A stretch of DNA of 61,964 bases, filler included, from Perkinsus olseni (Eukaryota), in the NCBI GenBank assembly GCA_013115125.1. It is 11 parts of 11 records of this genome, joined end to end, with 100 filler letters (N's around TTAATTAATTAA, not from the genome) between each part and the next. Parts side by side here need not be neighbours in the genome. Positions count along the whole stretch, not along the records: positions 56,519 to 61,964 come from JABANN010001186.1; 10 more parts are not named here. One strand, written 5' to 3'. This document shows positions 58,937 through 61,964 of this stretch, one piece after another. The number at the start of each line of letters is the position of its first letter. The first letter of the stretch is position 1. The notes beneath the pieces are model-generated. The model was not told where the DNA came from, searched no databases, and was given only the letters and a program-made list of their open reading frames with translations. The translations under genes and the position numbers were made by a program.

Positions 58937-59941
58937 ATGGTGAGGATCATCTTCATGGTTGTCTGAGCCTCTTATTGTGATGGGTGTTGTTGTCGTAGTT
59001 GTTGTTGTTATGATGAATAATAGTAGTAATACTTCCAGAGGCAACCCAACATCATCAGTCCCACCACCGCCATCATCATCTCGTGGTGGTAGAGGAGGTC
59101 AACCTCATCAACAGACAACAAGCATGCCGAGTAGGCATAATAATAGAGGGGGTAATAATAAGTGATGCACTGATGATGAAGGATAAAATTATTAGTGTAG
59201 ATCCGATGATTGGTTCCGTTTGGGGTGGTAATAGAAATAACAACAATAACAACAACAATACCACATCATGGGCGGCTAGAGCAGCAGCTGCAGCATCATC
59301 CGCCGGTAGTGGCACTAAGAGAGCAACAACAAGTACCACAGCACCCACTACGGGTGGTGTACCCAGTAATACTACTACTAAACAACAGCATCTGCTACCA
59401 CAACCACCAACAGCAACAACATCTCCCACACAAGCAGGCTCAGGAAGTACTACCTTCAATGCCAAGGAAGCTGCTGAGTTCCTGAATAAAAGTAAGCATA
59501 TATATCGACGAGGATGATGATTAGTATTATAATAACAGGATATGATGCTACTAATGAAAGGTATGCAGCCTGGGCCCAGTTACCTGAGGGTCGAAGGAAA
59601 CAACAACAACAGTTTGATAGGCGTAATAACAAGAATAATGAGCATCATCACAAGTGATTGCGAATGTGGTGGTTACTGTTGCGGTTATTATTCTCAGAGC
59701 CGGTTCATAAATATGTTGCTGAAAAGAATTGGGCCAATAGAGGTGGTAGTATGATGCCAGGCAAAGAGGACTTCGTGCATCAGGTAGTGATAATAAAGAA
59801 GAACAACGCTCTGTGAAGAACGATCATCATCATGATGTCCTTCTTCTTCTTCTTGTTCAGCTGGAACAAGCGATCCTTATGATGTCATCTGGTCCTGGTA
59901 AGAAGCCTACCACGACTAATAGTAGTAATCAAGCGGTTTGA
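58937..59941 (+). CDS. Multi-exon low-complexity (N/T/Q-rich) hypothetical protein; boundaries approximate
   Basis: Exon-like frames FNAKEAAEFLNK / RYAAW / YVAEKNWANRGGSMMPGKEDFVHQ / LEQAI, bounded by GT-AG. Confidence 0.5.
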
Positions 59942-60218
59942 AGACAACAACAGCATCAGCAACAGCAGAAGAAGGATAGTAAGGATACTAATGATACTCA
60001 ACATCATCATCATCCTTTTTAATAACGGCATTGTCGATCATCCTCAAAATCATCATTGTGGCAATTTTCTTCTTCCCATAAATCCCCCATTCATCATCAT
60101 CTACGACAATGATACTACTATCATAAGGTGGTGTTGGTGGTGGTTGTTGTTGTTGGCAATAATAGTATCATCATCCTCATCATCAACCTCGCCTTGTTAT
60201 TGCGTTATTAAGTCCACA

Positions 60219-61814
60219 ATGACACTGAAGATACCGGCAATAGACAATAGCCGTTTGGCCTCTCAAATGTCATCATCAGTCCGACATAATCATCATCATC
60301 ATGGTAATGATAACGATGAAAGCGGAGCGCAGTGTAATAGAGAAGATGATGATTATGATGTTATGCTGTTGATGTATCTAGCAGGGAGGGATGCTGGATT
60401 GTAATAATAAGGATACTTATCATCATCATCTTGTTGTTATAAGTATGATCATCATCATCATCTTCATCAGGGATAGGGCTACTCTCTATGCATCATGTTT
60501 AATCTTTTCGACTGTAATGATGACGAAGAGAGATTGGACAGCACGAACACTATTGGATGGGGAGGAGGAATTGGCAAGGATGATAGCAGCAACATTGTGG
60601 ATAGCTGTTAAGGCAACACTTGTTACTAATAGTCTTGTTATAAACAACACTACCGATGATAATAAAAGTAATACAAAAAAACTTAACATCACCACAACAA
60701 CAACCACCATCACCATCATAAGGAGAAGGAGGAGGATAGACTATTTACTAGAGCAGCAGTGATGATGATACCCTGACAATAGGGATACTATTGGCATCCT
60801 TAGGTAGATCGGATGATGATGAAGTGGATGATGGTATCGTAAGATTACGTCATTGTATTAACTCGGCATACAGGGTTGTATCAACATTATACGACCACCA
60901 CCATGTACTACTATCATCATCAACGTCCTCTGCCGCTACTGGTAATAATATAGGAAGTAGTATCGAGGACTACTGGAAGCATAGGGATTATATTATCAAT
61001 AATACAGGTAATAGTGACAATCATAACTTATGAAGAAGGTTTCTTTATTATTATCAGAAAAGATGGTATTAGACGCCATCGGATATGATACATCATCGTA
61101 CACGGATAACGCTGCAACATTATTGCAAGTTGTCATAAATTACGCATCATCATCATCAGCATTCTACTCGTCCTCCTCGTCCTATCCGTGTATTGTTAGT
61201 ACTGCTATATTACTATGTGATGAGATTATTGTTAATAATATACTCTATAATAATATTTATTCCAATAATATCATTCATAATGCCGACAATAGCAGACATA
61301 ATAGCAATAAGTATAGAGTATGGGTCATAGCATTAGCTGCTGTTCATCTAGCAGTAGTGGCTACGTCAGCAGCCGCTAACAGTAATAATGCCAAATACAA
61401 CAACAACATCAAGGACAAGCATGATGATGATGATAAGGGCAGGAAGGACAACAACGTAGGGAGATATGATAACACTACTACTGATAATCTTCCCATCATG
61501 TCATCATCATCACCATGTTCAGGCCATACCACTTCATATCCAACGTGCATTAGATGATCTACAAGGAGGTAAGGAAAGCGTTGATGTTGATGATGATGGT
61601 GGTGTTAATCTTTCCTTCTCATCATTATCATCATCAAGACCGGTAAGGCATGATGGTGATGATAGGGAATCAGTGAGCAACGATACATCATTCTACTTCC
61701 AATCAATAGTGGGTTGTGTGCTGGACGGGGCACCCCGATTCAAACACAGCCTCACAAACGCTTTAAAGACTCTTTACAATAGTGCTGCTGCTGCGGCGAC
61801 ACCAACAACGCTGT
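60219..61814 (+). CDS. Cyclin-fold protein of the transcriptional cyclin group (cyclin L/Q-like), multi-exon; boundaries approximate
   Basis: MIAATLWIAVKA, VRLRHCINSAYRV, DYWKHRD, SEKMVLDAIGYD and IALAAVHLA follow cyclin-box helix order. Confidence 0.55.
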
Positions 61815-61894
61815 AGCTGCGTCTTAGTTCGCATCACTATCCTTGCTATTATTATTAATACTGTTGTTATTACGCTTCTACTCCTTATTGTTTA

Positions 61895-61895
61895 G

Positions 61896-61963
<68 letters not shown>

Positions 61964-61964
61964 G
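61895..61964. repeat. (GTT)n microsatellite
   Basis: Pure repeat at the window end. Confidence 0.97.

Overview
Eukaryotic draft-assembly DNA, not a continuous locus. Eleven contigs of steadily decreasing length (5633 down to 5446 nt) are joined by 100-nt N-TTAATTAATTAA-N linkers, so adjacency across linkers means nothing. Short GT-AG introns and the style of the gene families suggest an alveolate, most likely Perkinsus (inference). Recognisable host genes are a partial GILT-like reductase, RPS9, a partial RNF5/RMA1-like RING ligase, a zinc-finger protein, a partial equilibrative nucleoside transporter, KH-domain protein(s), glutamine-dependent NAD synthetase, three tandem aspartate aminotransferases and a cyclin-like gene. 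There is also an A-B-A-B array of lineage-specific genes. Mobile DNA comprises a FLYWCH-MULE transposase fused to a Ulp1-type protease, a near full-length APE-RT-RNaseH LINE, a stand-alone gag and pol relics. The most striking observations: (1) the LINE sits inside (ACN)n poly-Thr repeats, its AUG-less ORF1 reads in frame with the upstream Thr tract, and ORF1/ORF2 overlap at AUGA; (2) a 151-bp tandem tRNA-Trp array carries CCA, CCC and CTA (amber) anticodons; (3) a spliced protein has about 16 periodic (V/I)xYP motifs; (4) long perfect palindromes with 1-nt loops recur in intergenic DNA.
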